Of a stretch of DNA of 64,000 bases, positions 37,091 to 49,500 are shown piece by piece. The stretch is from NCBI RefSeq assembly GCF_964213995.1, contig NC_135808.1, forward strand, positions 50,964,001 through 51,028,000. Reading direction: 5' to 3'. Below the pieces are notes generated by a model. The model was given only the letters and a program-made list of their open reading frames with translations. It had not been told where the DNA came from and did no database searches. The position numbers were made by a program, and so were the translations under genes. Numbering within the stretch: the stretch's first letter is position 1; each line of letters begins with the position of its first letter. This DNA is from Mustelus asterias. Its lineage: Eukaryota.

Positions 37091-40000
37091 TCAACATCGT
37101 TGATGGGTATTCGCGGTTCCCCTTTGCTATTCCCTGCCCGGATATGACCTCGGCCACGGTCGTCAGGGCCCTGCACAGCCTCTTCACCCTGTTTGGTTTC
37201 CCCAGCTATATTCATAGCGACTGGGGTTCCTCTTTTATGAGTGACGAGCTGCGCCAGTACCTACTCTCCAAAGGCATAGTCTTGAGCAGGACCACCAGCT
37301 ACAACCCCAGGGGGGATGGACAGGTGGAGAGGGAGAATGCGACAGTCTGGAAGGCCATTTTATTAGCTCTCCGGTCTAAGGGTCTTCCAGTCTCCCGCTG
37401 GCAAGAGGTCCTCCCTGATGCACTACACTCAATTAGGTCACGACTGTGCACCCCTCATGAACGAATGTTTGTTTTCCCCAGGAAGTCCTCCTCGGGGACC
37501 TCACTACCGTCGTGGCTGACGTCCCCAGGCCCTGTCCTGCTCCGGAAGCACGTGCGGACCCATAAGTCGGACCCCCTGATCGAAACGGTCCGGCTCCTCC
37601 ACGCCAACCCCCAATACGCCTATGTGGCGTATCATGACGGGCGGGTGGACACGGTCTCCATTCGCGATCTGGCCCCCGCAGGTACTACGTCCCACGGCCC
37701 CTCACCCCCAGCTCCCAACGTCGTCCATGATGCACAAGAGTCGCAGCACGCTCATTTAGCCCCCGTGTACGGCACGCCTGAGCCCCAGGAGCTGCCTCCA
37801 CACACCCGGCAGTCTGAAGGCGCGACGGACGGCTTCACCGGTTATGGACTGGCGTCTGACCCATCACCGCGGCCTCCTGAACCGGCGCCACGGCTGACAT
37901 TGCGGCGGTCGCAGCGGCAGATCAAGCCCCCGGAGAGACTGAACTTGTAACTTGAATCAATAACTTGTGACTGTCGTTCCACCACCTCGCCCCCGCCAAA
38001 CTCTTTTTTAAACAGGGGGTGAATGTGGTGAACCACTGTAATGCTGTCTGTATATGGGATATGCCTGGGCACGCCCCTGCTGCCTCAATCCGGGGCTCCG
38101 CCCTCCTCGGGGTATAAAGGTGGCTGCTCTCCGCCCCTTTTGCGTCAGTTCAGGTTAGCCATCGGTTTGGGAGTGCTTCTGTTCTTGTTAATAAAAGCCT
38201 GTTGTTTCGCAACATCTAGTCTTTGCGTGAATCAATGGTGCATCACTCGATACTGCACTGGATCTCAGCCTGGATGATGTGCTCAAGCGTCAGGAATGGG
38301 ATTTGAAGCCACAACATTGTGACTCAGAGGCGAGAGTGTTAGCCACTAAGGTACGTCTGACACCTCACACTCCAATAGGCTGCCATCTTCACCCTCCTGC
38401 CTCACACTTGGAGGAATGAGGCAACTTGGGGAGGGTGGAGCTGTTCCCCAGCCAGAGAGAGTGTCTTCAGGAGAGAGATGGAGAGCAGATTGTGGGAGGC
38501 CTGTAGTCTAGAGGGGGGACATTTAACCAGTCGCTGACAGGTGCTGAGCCCTTTCCCCATGAGGATTTTGGAAGTGGATGCGGAAAGTGGGAGGTGAACT
38601 AGAGAAATGTCTTTGTCGCTGCTGAAACTCTTGCTATCTGCTCAGTCACATCTAATAAACACACAGACAAATCAGGCAAACATCAGTCTGTTTCTGTGGA
38701 TTCTCTGCTGCTTTCAGTTCAATGAAGAGTGCAGGAGGACATGGCAGGAGCAACAGCAGACATACTGAAAAATGAGGTGTTAACCTGGTGAAGCTACAAC
38801 ACAGGACTGTGTGTCAAACAGCAGAAGCAGCAAGTGATAGACAGAGCTAAACCATCCCACAAACAATGGATCAGATCTAAGCTCTGCAGTCCTGCCACAT
38901 CCGGGGACCAATGCTTGATCCGTGGGGGTGTTAGATGGGCAGCAATGAGGGGTCGTGGGGCTGGCCAGTGATCAGGAGGCCAGCAGTGCGGGCCACTGTG
39001 CTTGTGCCAATCTCTGCACATGCACAGTGGCTCACTCAGCACTACGCTGCTGGCCTCTCCAGCAAGAATAGGCCCCAGTCCCAGATTTTTATCTTGAATC
39101 TCACTAGGGCTCTCTGTGATGCACAGAGTGTGGGAGATTCACTTTGAACATTTTTTTTACAGTTTTTACACGATTTTGACACTTAGAATGTTTTTGGGAG
39201 AATCCTACCTCCAAGGTTTTGGCCTCAAATGATTGTGGTGATAGTGAATTCCACAGGCTCACCACTCTCTGGGTGAAGGAAATTCTGCTCATCTCAGCCC
39301 TAAAAGTTTTACACCGTATCCTCAGGCTGTGACCTCTGGAACCGGACACTCCCACCACCAGGAACATAATTCCTGTATCTCCCCTGTCTAGTCCTGTTCA
39401 TAGCTTTCTATGAGATCTCCTCTCACTCTTCTGAACTGCAGTGAATATAATCTTAACCAACACAATCTCTCCTCCTACATCAGTCCCATTATCCCAGGAA
39501 TCAGTCCGGTAAACCTTTGCTGCGCTCCCACTGTCGCAAAGACATCCTTCCTCAGATAAGGATACCCAAACGGCAAGCAATTTTCCCAGTGTGGCCTCAC
39601 CAAAGGACATAGAGAGGACAAATACAAAGAAACTTTTCCCCAAGTAGAAGGGTCAATAACCAGGAAGAATAGATTTAATTTCAGATTTTGAGGGACTTGA
39701 TGCAAATCTTTTCACCCAGAGGTTCTGGGAATCCGAAACTCACTGCCTGAAATGGTGGAAGCAGTGGGAACCCCCACAACATTTAAAAAGCATTTAGATG
39801 AGCACTTGAAGCCCCAAAGCGCACAAGGCTACAGACCACGTGCTGGGAAATGGGATTAGAATAGATAGGTGCTTAATGGCCGGCAGAGACAGGATGGGCT
39901 GAAGGGCCTCTTTCTGTGCTGTAAATTTCTATGAGACGATGACTGAGCCAAGATGGCCGAGAATGTAAAGTGACCAGCTTCTGGAAAATTCCGATGTGGG

Positions 40001-40759
40001 TTATATTTGACAGACTAGACCCGAGAGAAGATGGAATGTCACACCTGAAAGGTATCAGGGACTTCTTCAAACAGGAAACAGAAATGCAGATAGAAAAAAT
40101 GTCAAAGACTGAACTTTAATCTCCTGTTGTTATGGAGACAATGGAGACTGATTGTCACATCTCAGCAGACATCCAAAACCCATCTCCTGTTGAGTTATAT
40201 ATCTCAGAATGTGGAAATGGCCTGAGTTCAAAGTAAACTGACTCTGGGGTGAAAGACATGTTTGTTTGTTACCTTTCAGGAAACAACAGGGAAATGGGTT
40301 AAAAATCCAACTGCACACCTGAGCTGTGTGTACTGGTGCGGGTGTGACAGAATGTGAGTTGAGACAGAAACAAGGAGAGACAGCCCAGTCACCCCAGCAA
40401 AAGACAAACAGACAAAGGATCTCTCTGTGTCTCTGGGGGAAAGCTCAGCAGATGTCACCATCTAAAGGAAAGTGGACAGCGATCCAGCAACCCTGCAGAA
40501 CCCAGAGTCTCCAAACTAACTGCTAAAATACCAAAGTCAGCTCTCCCGGAATCACCCAACTTAATGGCTGCAACATCCATCCTCCACACTCACTGACAAG
40601 ACAAAGACAGATTTAACTTTTATCTGGACATTTAATTTTACATTTCTGGTCATTGTGCAAGTGTATTTCAGGAGTTTATTATTTTTTGAGTAATTAGTAA
40701 CTAACACGTTATTCAACAAAGGCAGGTCAAAATAGTTTCTTCTGAAAAATTAAAAGTGG

Positions 40760-41100
40760 GGCCATACATTGTCACAGTGGTTAGCAATGCTGCCTCAGTG
40801 TCAGGGACCTAGGTTCAATTCCGGCCTTGGGTTACTGTCTATTTGGAGTTTGCACGTTCTCCCCGTGTCTGCGTGGATTTCCTCCGGGTGCTCCAGTTTC
40901 CTCCCACAGTCCAAAGATCTGCAGGTCAGATGGATTGGCCATGCTAAATTGCCCCTAGTGTGTTCTTTAGGTGGATTAGCAATGGTAAATGCGCAGGGTT
41001 ACAGGGATAGGGTGGGGAGCCTGGGGAAGAAGCTCTTTCAGAGAGTTGGTACAGATTCGATGGACTGAACAGCCTTCTTCTGCACTGTAGAGATTCAATG
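40760..41100 (+). mobile_element. HE1/V-SINE-like SINE
   Basis: CACAGTGGTTAGCAATGCTGCCTCA...GGTTCAATTCC...CTCCCACAGTCCAAAGA. Confidence 0.85.
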
Positions 41101-41942
41101 GCTAATAAAGGACTACGTGGACTGTGTAAGGTTTCCACGGGTGAAGGGATCCATTTTAAATGAACCTTGTTCTGACCAATCAAGGGCGGGGTTGAATAAA
41201 GTCAGGGATCCAGCTGATTACTCCTCACCCAGGAGCAAAACAAAATTGGGATCCCATTCAGGAAGTTAACAAATGAGGGATCTTGTCTGAGGACTGGTCA
41301 CAACGTGTACACAGCAAGATCCCACACACAGCAATGAGAACAATCAGCATTTTCAGTGATGTTGGATCCGGGATAAATATCGGACTGAACTCGTCCCAGA
41401 GAGAAAGTAACTGAGAGTCTCCCCAAAAGCCTGGAACACTGAAGCCACTGGATTGTGGGCCCTGCTGTAGCTGTTTGTCATCAGAACTTTAGCAAGAGAT
41501 AAGCAGGGAGTGGAGAGAGCAGAGTGAAAGCTGGGGGAGGTGGCACCTCGGTGTCTCACTGTGCTGGTGCTGTGATCAGTTATATCAGAGATTGTGACAG
41601 GGAGTCCGACTTCACATCAAACTCTGCCTGTGTGTGTCACACTGAGACTGACAGGAGTCTAGAGAGTGATTTCACTCCATGCTGCAGGAATGTGAGCACA
41701 GTCTGCAAACGTCCAGATCTCCTCCACACGGTGGGTAAAAGCTGCTTACTTATATCTTGCTGCTTAAAGGGGGGAATGGAAGGAAAGAAATACAGCTGGG
41801 CTCCCTGTTCCACACAATGTTCTTCAATCAACCATTTCATTGACTGCAGCTTCCTCACCAACACCTTCAACTATTCAGCATTTGTGTTTGAGAAAGTTTC
41901 AGCATTGAAAGGGTTAATAACGGAGGATTGGGCTTTACTTAC

Positions 41943-41977
41943 TCAGTCTGAGTTTGGTTCCTTTACCGAACGTAAGG
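41943..41977 (-). CDS. IGKJ: Immunoglobulin light-chain J segment (LTFGKGTKLRL)
   Basis: FGxG motif, flanked by a 23-RSS and a phase-1 GTAAGT splice donor at 41942. Confidence 0.95.
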
Positions 41978-42016
41978 CACACTGACAACTTCCAGTGCAG
42001 GAGCTGTACAAAAACC
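41978..42016 (+). promoter_or_regulatory. 23-bp-spacer recombination signal sequence of J
   Basis: Heptamer CACACTG (41978-41984), 23 bp, consensus nonamer ACAAAAACC (42008-42016). Confidence 0.95.
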
Positions 42017-42019
42017 TCT

Positions 42020-42150
42020 GCTCTCTGCCTCACTCACTCACTCACTCATCTCTTCTCTCTCACTCTTTCTCTCTCACTCTTTCTCTCTCACTCTTTCTCT
42101 CTCTCTGTTTCTCTCTCTCTGTTTCTCTCTCTCTGTTTCTCTCAATGTCT
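42020..42150. repeat. CT-rich microsatellite
   Basis: Directly visible. Confidence 0.85.
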
Positions 42151-42332
42151 CAGTGTTTTGTTGGGAGAGTTGAGAATTCTAATTTGAGATGATAAATCTT
42201 TCAGCTGCTCTTCATATGTGGACATGGAGAGTAAGAGGGAAACTCGAGGCCTTCAGCGAGCGGTGGACACCACAGGGACTGGAGTGTGTAGTGGACAGTG
42301 CAAATAATTTGTCCAGTTTCCTTTCTTGTCTT

Positions 42333-43487
42333 TATTATATATTATATAAAACTGTGGGATGTGTCAGTACAGGAGGTGGGACTGTGTGTCCATTATTATA
42401 TATTATATAAAACTGTGGGATGTGTCAGTACAGGAGGTGGGACTGTGTGTCCATTATTATATATTATATAAAACTGTGGGATGTGTCAGTACAGGAGGTG
42501 GGACTGTGTGTCCATTATTATATATTATATAAAACTGTGGGATGTGTCAGTACAGGAGGTGGGACTGTGTGTCCATTATTATATATTATATAAAACTGTG
42601 GGATGTGTCAGTACAGGAGGTGGGACTGTGTGTCCATTATTATATATTATATAAAACTGTGGGATGTGTCAGTACAGGAGGTGGGACTGTGTGTCCATTA
42701 TTATTTATTATATAAAACTGTGGGATGTGTCAGTACAGGAGGTGGTGCTGTGTGTCCATTATTATATATTATATAAAACTGTGGGATGTGTCAGTACAGG
42801 AGGTGGGACTGTGTGTCCATTATTATATATTATATAAAACTTTGGGATGTGTCAGTACAGGAGGTGGTGCTGTGTGTCCATTATTATATATTATATAAAA
42901 CTGTGGGATGTGTCAGTACAGGAGGTGGTGCTGTGTGTCCATTATTATATATTATATAAAACTGTGGGATGTGTCAGTCCAGGAGGTGGGACTGTGTGTC
43001 CATTATTATATATTATATAAAACTGTGGGATGTGTCAGCACAGGAGGTGATGCTGTGTGTCCATTATTATATATTATATAAAACTGTGGGATGTGTCAGT
43101 ACAGGAGGTGGGACTGTGTGTCCATTATTATATATTATATAAAACTGTGGGATGTGTCAGTACAGGAGGTGGGACTGTGTGTCCATTATTATATATTATA
43201 TAAAACTGTGGGATGTGTCAGTACAGGAGGTGGGACTGTGTGTCCATTATTATATATTATATAAAACTGTGGGATGTGTCAGTACAGGAGGTGGGACTGT
43301 GTGTCCATTATTATATATTATATAAAACTGTGGGATGTGTCAGTACAGGAGGTGGGACTGTGTGTCCATTATTATATATTATATAAAACTGTGGGATGTG
43401 TCAGTACAGGAGGTGGGACTGTGTGTCCATTATTATATATTATATAAAACTGTGGGATGTGTCAGTACAGGAGGTGGTGCTGTGTGT
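42333..43487. repeat. 61-bp minisatellite, about 19 near-identical copies, in the V-J interval
   Basis: Unit GTGTCAGTACAGGAGGTGGGACTGTGTGTCCATTATTATATATTATATAAAACTGTGGGAT; starts at 42361 and 43459 are 18 x 61 bp apart. Confidence 0.97.
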
Positions 43488-43492
43488 GGGGG

Positions 43493-43520
43493 GGTTTTTG
43501 TAAGGCTCTGTATCACTGTG
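43493..43520 (-). promoter_or_regulatory. 12-bp-spacer recombination signal sequence of V
   Basis: Minus strand CACAGTG, 12 bp, ACAAAAACC; both elements are perfect consensus. Confidence 0.97.
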
Positions 43521-43818
43521 CAGGGCCAGCTGGAACATTGCAGACAGTAATAATCAGCGACATCCTCATTCTGTACATTGCTGATTGTCAGGATGGATCT
43601 TGTCCCAGATCCACTGCCGGTGAATCGGTCGGATATTCCTGTGAATCGAGTTGCTACAGTATAGATCAGCAGAGCCGGTTTATGTCCTTCTCGCTGTTGG
43701 TACCAATTCACGTAACTGCCAATGCTTTGACTGGCCGTACAGGTGATGGTGGCGGTCTGGCCCAGGCTCACTGACAGCAGCGGGGGAGACTGGGTCATGA
43801 TGACGTCTCCATTGATAC
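43521..43818 (-). CDS. IGKV: Immunoglobulin light-chain (kappa-type) V exon, germline unrearranged
   Basis: AG acceptor at 43820-43819; (G)[26 protein letters not shown]...WYQQ...LLIY...RFTGSGSGT...[15 protein letters not shown]; open frame; 12-RSS follows directly. Confidence 0.95.
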
Positions 43819-43945
43819 CTGAGGGGTAATAGAGAAACAGAGTGAAGTAAGAACTGTCACAGAAAGACGCTGTACAATGAGATATTGTTGGAGACACTGA
43901 CTGTTCCTCTCCTTTCAGCATTTTCCTTTCAATCACAAGCCAGAG

Positions 43946-44340
43946 AAACATAGAAGAAAGGAGCAGGAGGAGGCCATTTTGCCCTTCGAGCCTGCACCGC
44001 CATGCATCGCGATCATGGCTGATTGTCCAACTCAATCGCTTAATCCTACTTTTTCCCCATAATCTTTGATCCCATTCACCCCAAGTGCTAGATTTAGCTG
44101 ACTCTTGAATATATTCAACATTTTGGCATCAACTACTTCCTGTGGAAATGAATCCCAAGGCTCGCCACTCTTTGGGTGAAGAAATATCTCCTCACCTCCG
44201 TCCTAAATGGTCTAGCCTGAATCCTCAGACTGTGACCCCTGGTTCTGGACTCTCCCACCATCGGGAACATCCTCCCTGCATCTACCCTGTCTAGTCCTGT
44301 TAGAAATTTGTAAGTCTCTATGAGATGCCCCCTCATTCAT
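43946..44340 (-). mobile_element. CR1 3' fragment in the leader-V intron
   Basis: MRGHLIETYKFLTGLDRVDAGRMFP...FFTQRV and a CR1 tail. Confidence 0.85.
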
Positions 44341-44411
44341 CTGAAGTCAGGAGAATTGGATTGAAATGGAGAGCAGGAAAATGTTCAAGGTGGAAGGAGA
44401 GAGATTTGTAC

Positions 44412-44460
44412 CTGCGATGCAGAATGCCAGAGGCCAGAGCAGCTGGATGGCTGAAATCAT
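44412..44460 (-). CDS. IGKV: Ig light-chain leader exon (MISAIQLLWPLAFCIA-G)
   Basis: ACCATG start context, hydrophobic signal peptide, 49 nt, phase-1 GT donor at 44411 splicing in frame to the V exon. Confidence 0.9.
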
Positions 44461-44519
44461 GGTGTGTGGTCGTGTCCCTGTGCCTGGTTACTGATAAACT
44501 CTCCCTTCACTGGGCTCTG

Positions 44520-44600
44520 CTTTATAAAGCTGCAGCCTGTCAGAGTCTCACTGCCTGTTCCTCAGTTTGTAAATGGTCTGACCCAGAGAAACCACGTCAG
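44520..44600 (-). promoter_or_regulatory. Putative V promoter (TATA-like box, degenerate octamer, TGACGTGG)
   Basis: TTTATAAAG about 60 nt upstream of the ATG; ATTTACAA at 44567-44574; TGACGTGG at 44592-44599. Confidence 0.5.
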
Positions 44601-44919
44601 CACCTTTCACTTCCTCTTCTTCTCTCTCCCTCCCTCAGTCTCTGTCCCTCAGTCTCTGTCTTTCTCTCTCTCAATATCTTCCCTCACTCTCTGTCTCTCT
44701 CACTCTATCGATATCTCTCCCTCACCCGCTGACCCTTTCACTCTTTCAATATCTGTCCTCAGTCTCTGTTTCTCTCCTCCACACTCTCGCTGTCTCCCTT
44801 TCTTGTTCTTCCCGTCTCACACTCCTTGTTTGCTCTGTCATTCATTCCTTCTTTCTCTCTTCTCACAGTTTCTCCCTCAATTTATTGCATTCTCTTTGTT
44901 CCTCTGTATTCTCAGCTCA

Positions 44920-45850
44920 CTCTGCCCCAGAAGAGACACCACCCTCCTGGTATCCACTCTGTCAGTCCCCTCACAATCTGATATGTTTCAATAAGATCAC
45001 CTCTCATTCTTCTAAACTCCAATGGGTTCAGGCCCAGCCTGTCCAACTTTTCTTCATAAGATAACCCCTCACCCCAGGAATGTGTCGAGTGAATCTTCTC
45101 TGAACTGCTTCGAACACAATGATATCCTTTTCCAAATAAGGAGACCAAAACTGTACACAGTATTCCAGATGTGGTCTCACCGAGACTCTGTACAGCTGCA
45201 GTAAAACTTCCCTATTTTTATATTCCATTCTCCTTGTAATAAACACCAACATTCCATTTGTCTTCCTAATCACTTGCTGTAGCTGCAGACTAACTTGTTG
45301 TGATTCATGTCCCGGGACAGCCAGATCCCTCTGTAGCACCGAGTTGTGCAATCTCTCTCCATTTCAATAGTTTACTGCTGTTCTATTCTTCCTGCCAAAG
45401 TGGACACCTTCACATTTACCCAGGATATACTCCAGATGTTTAGCCACTCACTTCCCCTGTCCCTATCCCTTTGCAGACTCTCTACCTCCTCTTGAAACTT
45501 ACTTTCCCACCTATCTTAGTGTCATTGGGACATCAGCTCCATTCACTCCCTTCATCCAAGTCATTGATATGGATTGTGAATAGTTGTGGTCCCAGCTGAT
45601 TGTTCCAGAACTCCACTAATTACAGCTTCCCAACCCCAAAACAATCATTTATCCCCTCCCTCTTGTTTCTGTTAATTAACCAATCCTCTATCAATGCTAA
45701 TATGTTACCCACACACCATCAGCTCGTAAACTGTGTGGTAACATTTGATGTGGCAATTCATTTAATACCTTTTGAAATTCCATGTAGTCACATCTATAAT
45801 TTCCCCTTTATCCACATTGTAACTTCCGCAAAGATGGACAATCACACATT
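44920..45850 (-). mobile_element. Decayed CR1 LINE RT fragment
   Basis: RPHLEYCVQFWSPYL and RRMRGDLIETY motifs. Confidence 0.8.
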
Positions 45851-45891
45851 TATAACATAAAGAAACTGCTCCACATCGACCATGTCCATGT

Positions 45892-46258
45892 CCCACTGGA
45901 CCCTCAAATAATGACCAGTAAATATGGATCTTCTTCCCACTGATGCCTCCAATAGGGAGCAGTAAACATGGGCCTCCTTCCCACTGGACCCTCCAATAGG
46001 GACCAGTAAACATGGGCCTCCTTCCCACTGGACCCTCCAATAGGGACCAGTAAACATGGGCCTCCTTCCCACTGGACCCTCCAATAGGGACCAGTAGACA
46101 TGGGCCTCCTTCCCACTGGACCCTCTAATAGGGACCAGTAAACATAGGCTTCCTTCCCACTGGAGCCTCCAATAGGGAGCAGTAAACATGGGCCTCCTTC
46201 CCACTGGAGCCTCCAATAGGGACCAGTAAACAGACCTCCTTCCCACTGGAGCCTCCAG
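45892..46258. repeat. 44-bp minisatellite, about 8 copies
   Basis: Unit CCCACTGGACCCTCCAATAGGGACCAGTAAACATGGGCCTCCTT. Confidence 0.93.
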
Positions 46259-46548
46259 TAGCTGAGCTTCAAACTCCACATCCTCCCCATCACGTAAGCC
46301 TCTTATTTCCATCTCTACAACATTGTCCGTCTCTACACTACACCAGCCCCATGAGCGCAGAGACTCTTATCCCTGCTTCTCACTCCTCCTAACTCTATTA
46401 TTCCGATATCCTCTCCTGGCTCCCTTCATCCACACTCCATAAACCCCAACTTATCCCAAATGCAGTGCGTCCGAACCCTGTCTCACACCAAGTGTCGTTC
46501 CAACATCACCCCTGACCTCACTGACCTATCACCCCTGACCTCACTGAC

Positions 46549-49500
46549 TACCCAGGATGGTAGTCTGCCTACCTGGTGCTGGGGTCACGGATGTCTCCGA
46601 GTGGATAGGAGGCATATTAAAAGGGGAAGATAAAGAAACGGATGTCATTATACACATTGGTGGAAATGACGTAGATAGGAAGAGTAGGGGGATCCTAAGA
46701 GAGCAATTCAGGGAGTTGGGAAATAGGTTAAAAAGTAGGGTCACTAGGGTGGCCATCTCTGGGCTGCTCCCAATGCCTCGTGCCAGTGAGGCTAAGAATA
46801 GGGAGTTGGTACAAATGAATGCCTGGCTAAAGGACTGGTCCAGGAGGGAGGGCTTCATTTTCATAGATCAATGGGAAGTTTTCAGGAGAGGATGGCACCT
46901 GTACAAGAGGGAGGGGTCACAACTAAGTTGGAAGGGCACAAATATCCTGGCTGGGAGCTTTGCTAGTGCAGTTCGGGGGGGTTTAAACTAGTATGGCAGG
47001 GGGGTGGGGATCAAACTATTAGGTCTATAAGAGTGGAGGCTGGGGACGAGCTTGGGGCTGGGACAAGGCTGGCAAAGAAGAAAAGCACTCTGGGGGAGGA
47101 TGACCTCACTGAGCCTGGAGGTCTGGAGTGCTTATACTTCAATGCAAGGAGCGTAGCAGGTAAGACAGACGAACTTGGGGCCTTAATGCGCACGAGGAAT
47201 TTGGATGTGGTTGCGGTGACAGAGATTTGGTTGAAAGAGGGACAGGACTGGCAGCTGAATATTCCAGGGTACAAGTGTTTTAGGCGAGACAGAGGAGGGG
47301 CCAAAAGAGGTGGGGGAGTAGCGGTATTAGTTGGAGAGCATATTACAGCGGTGCAGAGGGAGGACAATTCAGAGGGGTCGTGTAACGAGTCACTCTGGGT
47401 GGAGCTTAGAAACAGGAAAGGCGCAGTCACTATGTTGGGGGTGTACTACAGGCCCCCCCAACAGCCCAAGGGAAGTGGAAGAATGGATATGTCAGGAGAT
47501 ACTGGATAGGTGCAGGAAAAATAGGGTTGTTGTAGTGGGAGACTTCAATTTCCCTGGTATAGACTGGAAATCGCTGAGGGCAGGGACTCTGGATGGGGAG
47601 GAATTTGTAAAATGTGTACAGGAGGGTTCGTTGGAACAATATGTAGACAGCCCGACTAGAGAGGGGGCTATACTGGACCTGGTACTGGGGAATGAGCCCG
47701 GTCAGGTCTTCAAAGTTTTGGTAGGGGAACATGTGGCAAATAGTGACCACAATTCTGTTAGCTTTAGGATAGTGATGGAAAAGGATGAGTGGTGTCCCAA
47801 GGGTAAGGTGTTGGATTGGGGGAAGGCTAACTTTATTGGGATCAGGCAGAAATTGGCAGCTCTTGATTGGGAGAGGCTGTTTGAGGGTAAATCCACATCT
47901 GGTATGTGGCAGTCTTTTAAGGAACGGTTGTTAGGGCTACAGGACAAGCATGTGCCTGTAAAAAAGAAGGACAGGAAGGGTAGGATTAGAGAACCGTGGA
48001 TAACCAGGGAAATTGAGGGACTGGTCAAAAAGAAAAGAGAGGCGTATGTTAGGTCCAAGCAGCTAAAAACGGAGGGAGCTCTGGAGGAGTACAAAGAAAG
48101 TAGGAAAGTACTCAAACGGGGAATTAGAAGAGCAAAAAGGGGTCACGAAATGTTCTTGGCAGACAGGATTAAGGAGAATCCCAAGGCATTTTATTCATAC
48201 GTTAGGAACAAAAGGGTTGTTCGGGAAAAAATCGGACCTCTCAGGGACAAAAGTGGGGACCTATGCTTGGAGCCCAAAGAAGTAGGGGAGATCCTAAATG
48301 AATACTTTGCATCGGTATTCACAAAGGAGAGGGATGTGTTGACTGGGAGTGTCTCTGAGGGGAGTGTTGAACCGTTGGAGAAAATCTCCATTACAAAGGA
48401 GGAAGTGTTAGGTTTGTTAGAGAATATAAAGACTGACAAATCCCCAGGGCCTGATGGAATCTATCCAAGGCTGCTCAGGGAGACGAGAGGTGAAATCGTT
48501 GGGCCTCTGACGCAAATCTTTGTCTCGTCACTGGACGCAGGTGAGGTCCCAGAGGATTGGAGGATAGCCAATGTGGTCCCGTTATTTAAGAAGGGTAGGA
48601 AGGATAACCCGGGTAATTATAGGCCGGTGAGCTTGACGTCCGTGGTGGGGAAGTTGTTGGAGAAGATTCTTAGAGATAGGATGTATGCGCATTTAGAAAG
48701 GAATAAACTCATTAACGATAGTCAGCATGGTTTTGTGAGAGGGAGGTCATGCCTCACTAACCTGGTGGTGTTTTTTGAAGAAGTGACCAAAATGGTTGAC
48801 GAAGGAAGGGCCGTGGATGTTGTCTATATGGACTTTAGTAAAGCGTTTGACAAAGTCCCTCATGGTAGGCTAGTGAAAAAGGTTGGATCTCATGGGATAA
48901 AGGGGGAGGTGGCTAGATGGGTGGAGAACTGGCTTGGTCATAGAAGACAGAGGGTGGTAGTGGAAGGGTCTTTTTCCGGCTGGAGGCCTGTGACTAGTGG
49001 TGTATCGCAGGGCTCTGTATTGGGACCTCTGCTGTTTGTGATTTATATAAATGATCTGGAAGAAGGAGTAACTGGGGTGATCAGTAAGTTTGCGGACGAC
49101 ACAAAACTGGCAGGACTTGCAGATAGTGAGGAACATTGTCAGAGGCTACAGAAGGATATAGATAGGCTGGAAATTTGGGCAAGGAAATGGCAGATGGAGT
49201 TCAATCCTGATAAATGCGAAGTGATGCATTTTGGTGGGAATAATGTAGGGAGGAGCTACACGATAAATGGAAGAACCATAAAGGGTGTAGAGACGCAGAG
49301 GGACCTGGGTGTGCAAGTCCACAGATCTTTGAAGGTGACGTCACAGGTGGAGAAGGTGGTGAAGAAGGCATATGGCATGCTTGCCTTTATAGGACGGGGC
49401 ATAGAGTATAAAAGTTGGGGTCTGATGTTGCAGATGTATAGAATGTTGGTTTGGCCGCATTTGGAATACTGCGTCCAGTTCTGTTCGCCACACTACCAGA

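Larger units (their letters stand above)
28786..38245 (+). mobile_element. Ty3/gypsy LTR retrotransposon C with nested insertions, in the Ig J-C intron
   Basis: Paired 222-bp LTRs 28786-29007 and 38024-38245, target duplication CTCAA/CTCGA; gag 29031-29636, gag/PR/RT/RH/INT 29919-32319, integrase remainder 37090-37950, PPT. Confidence 0.95.

Noticed and set aside
40436-40446. GGGGAAAGCTC as a kappa-B site of an intronic enhancer
   Set aside because: Does not fit GGGRNWYYCC, and there is no conservation evidence in this window.
42333-43487. CRISPR-like regular array
   Set aside because: Units are contiguous and near-identical with no unique spacers; vertebrate context and no cas genes.
43433-44035. 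200-aa ORF as a single-exon or germline-joined V gene
   Set aside because: The N-terminus is intron and CR1 sequence and the C-terminus reads through the RSS; the true leader is at 44412-44460 and V and J are unjoined.
45762-46312. Repetitive ORFs in three frames
   Set aside because: Translations of the 44-bp minisatellite.
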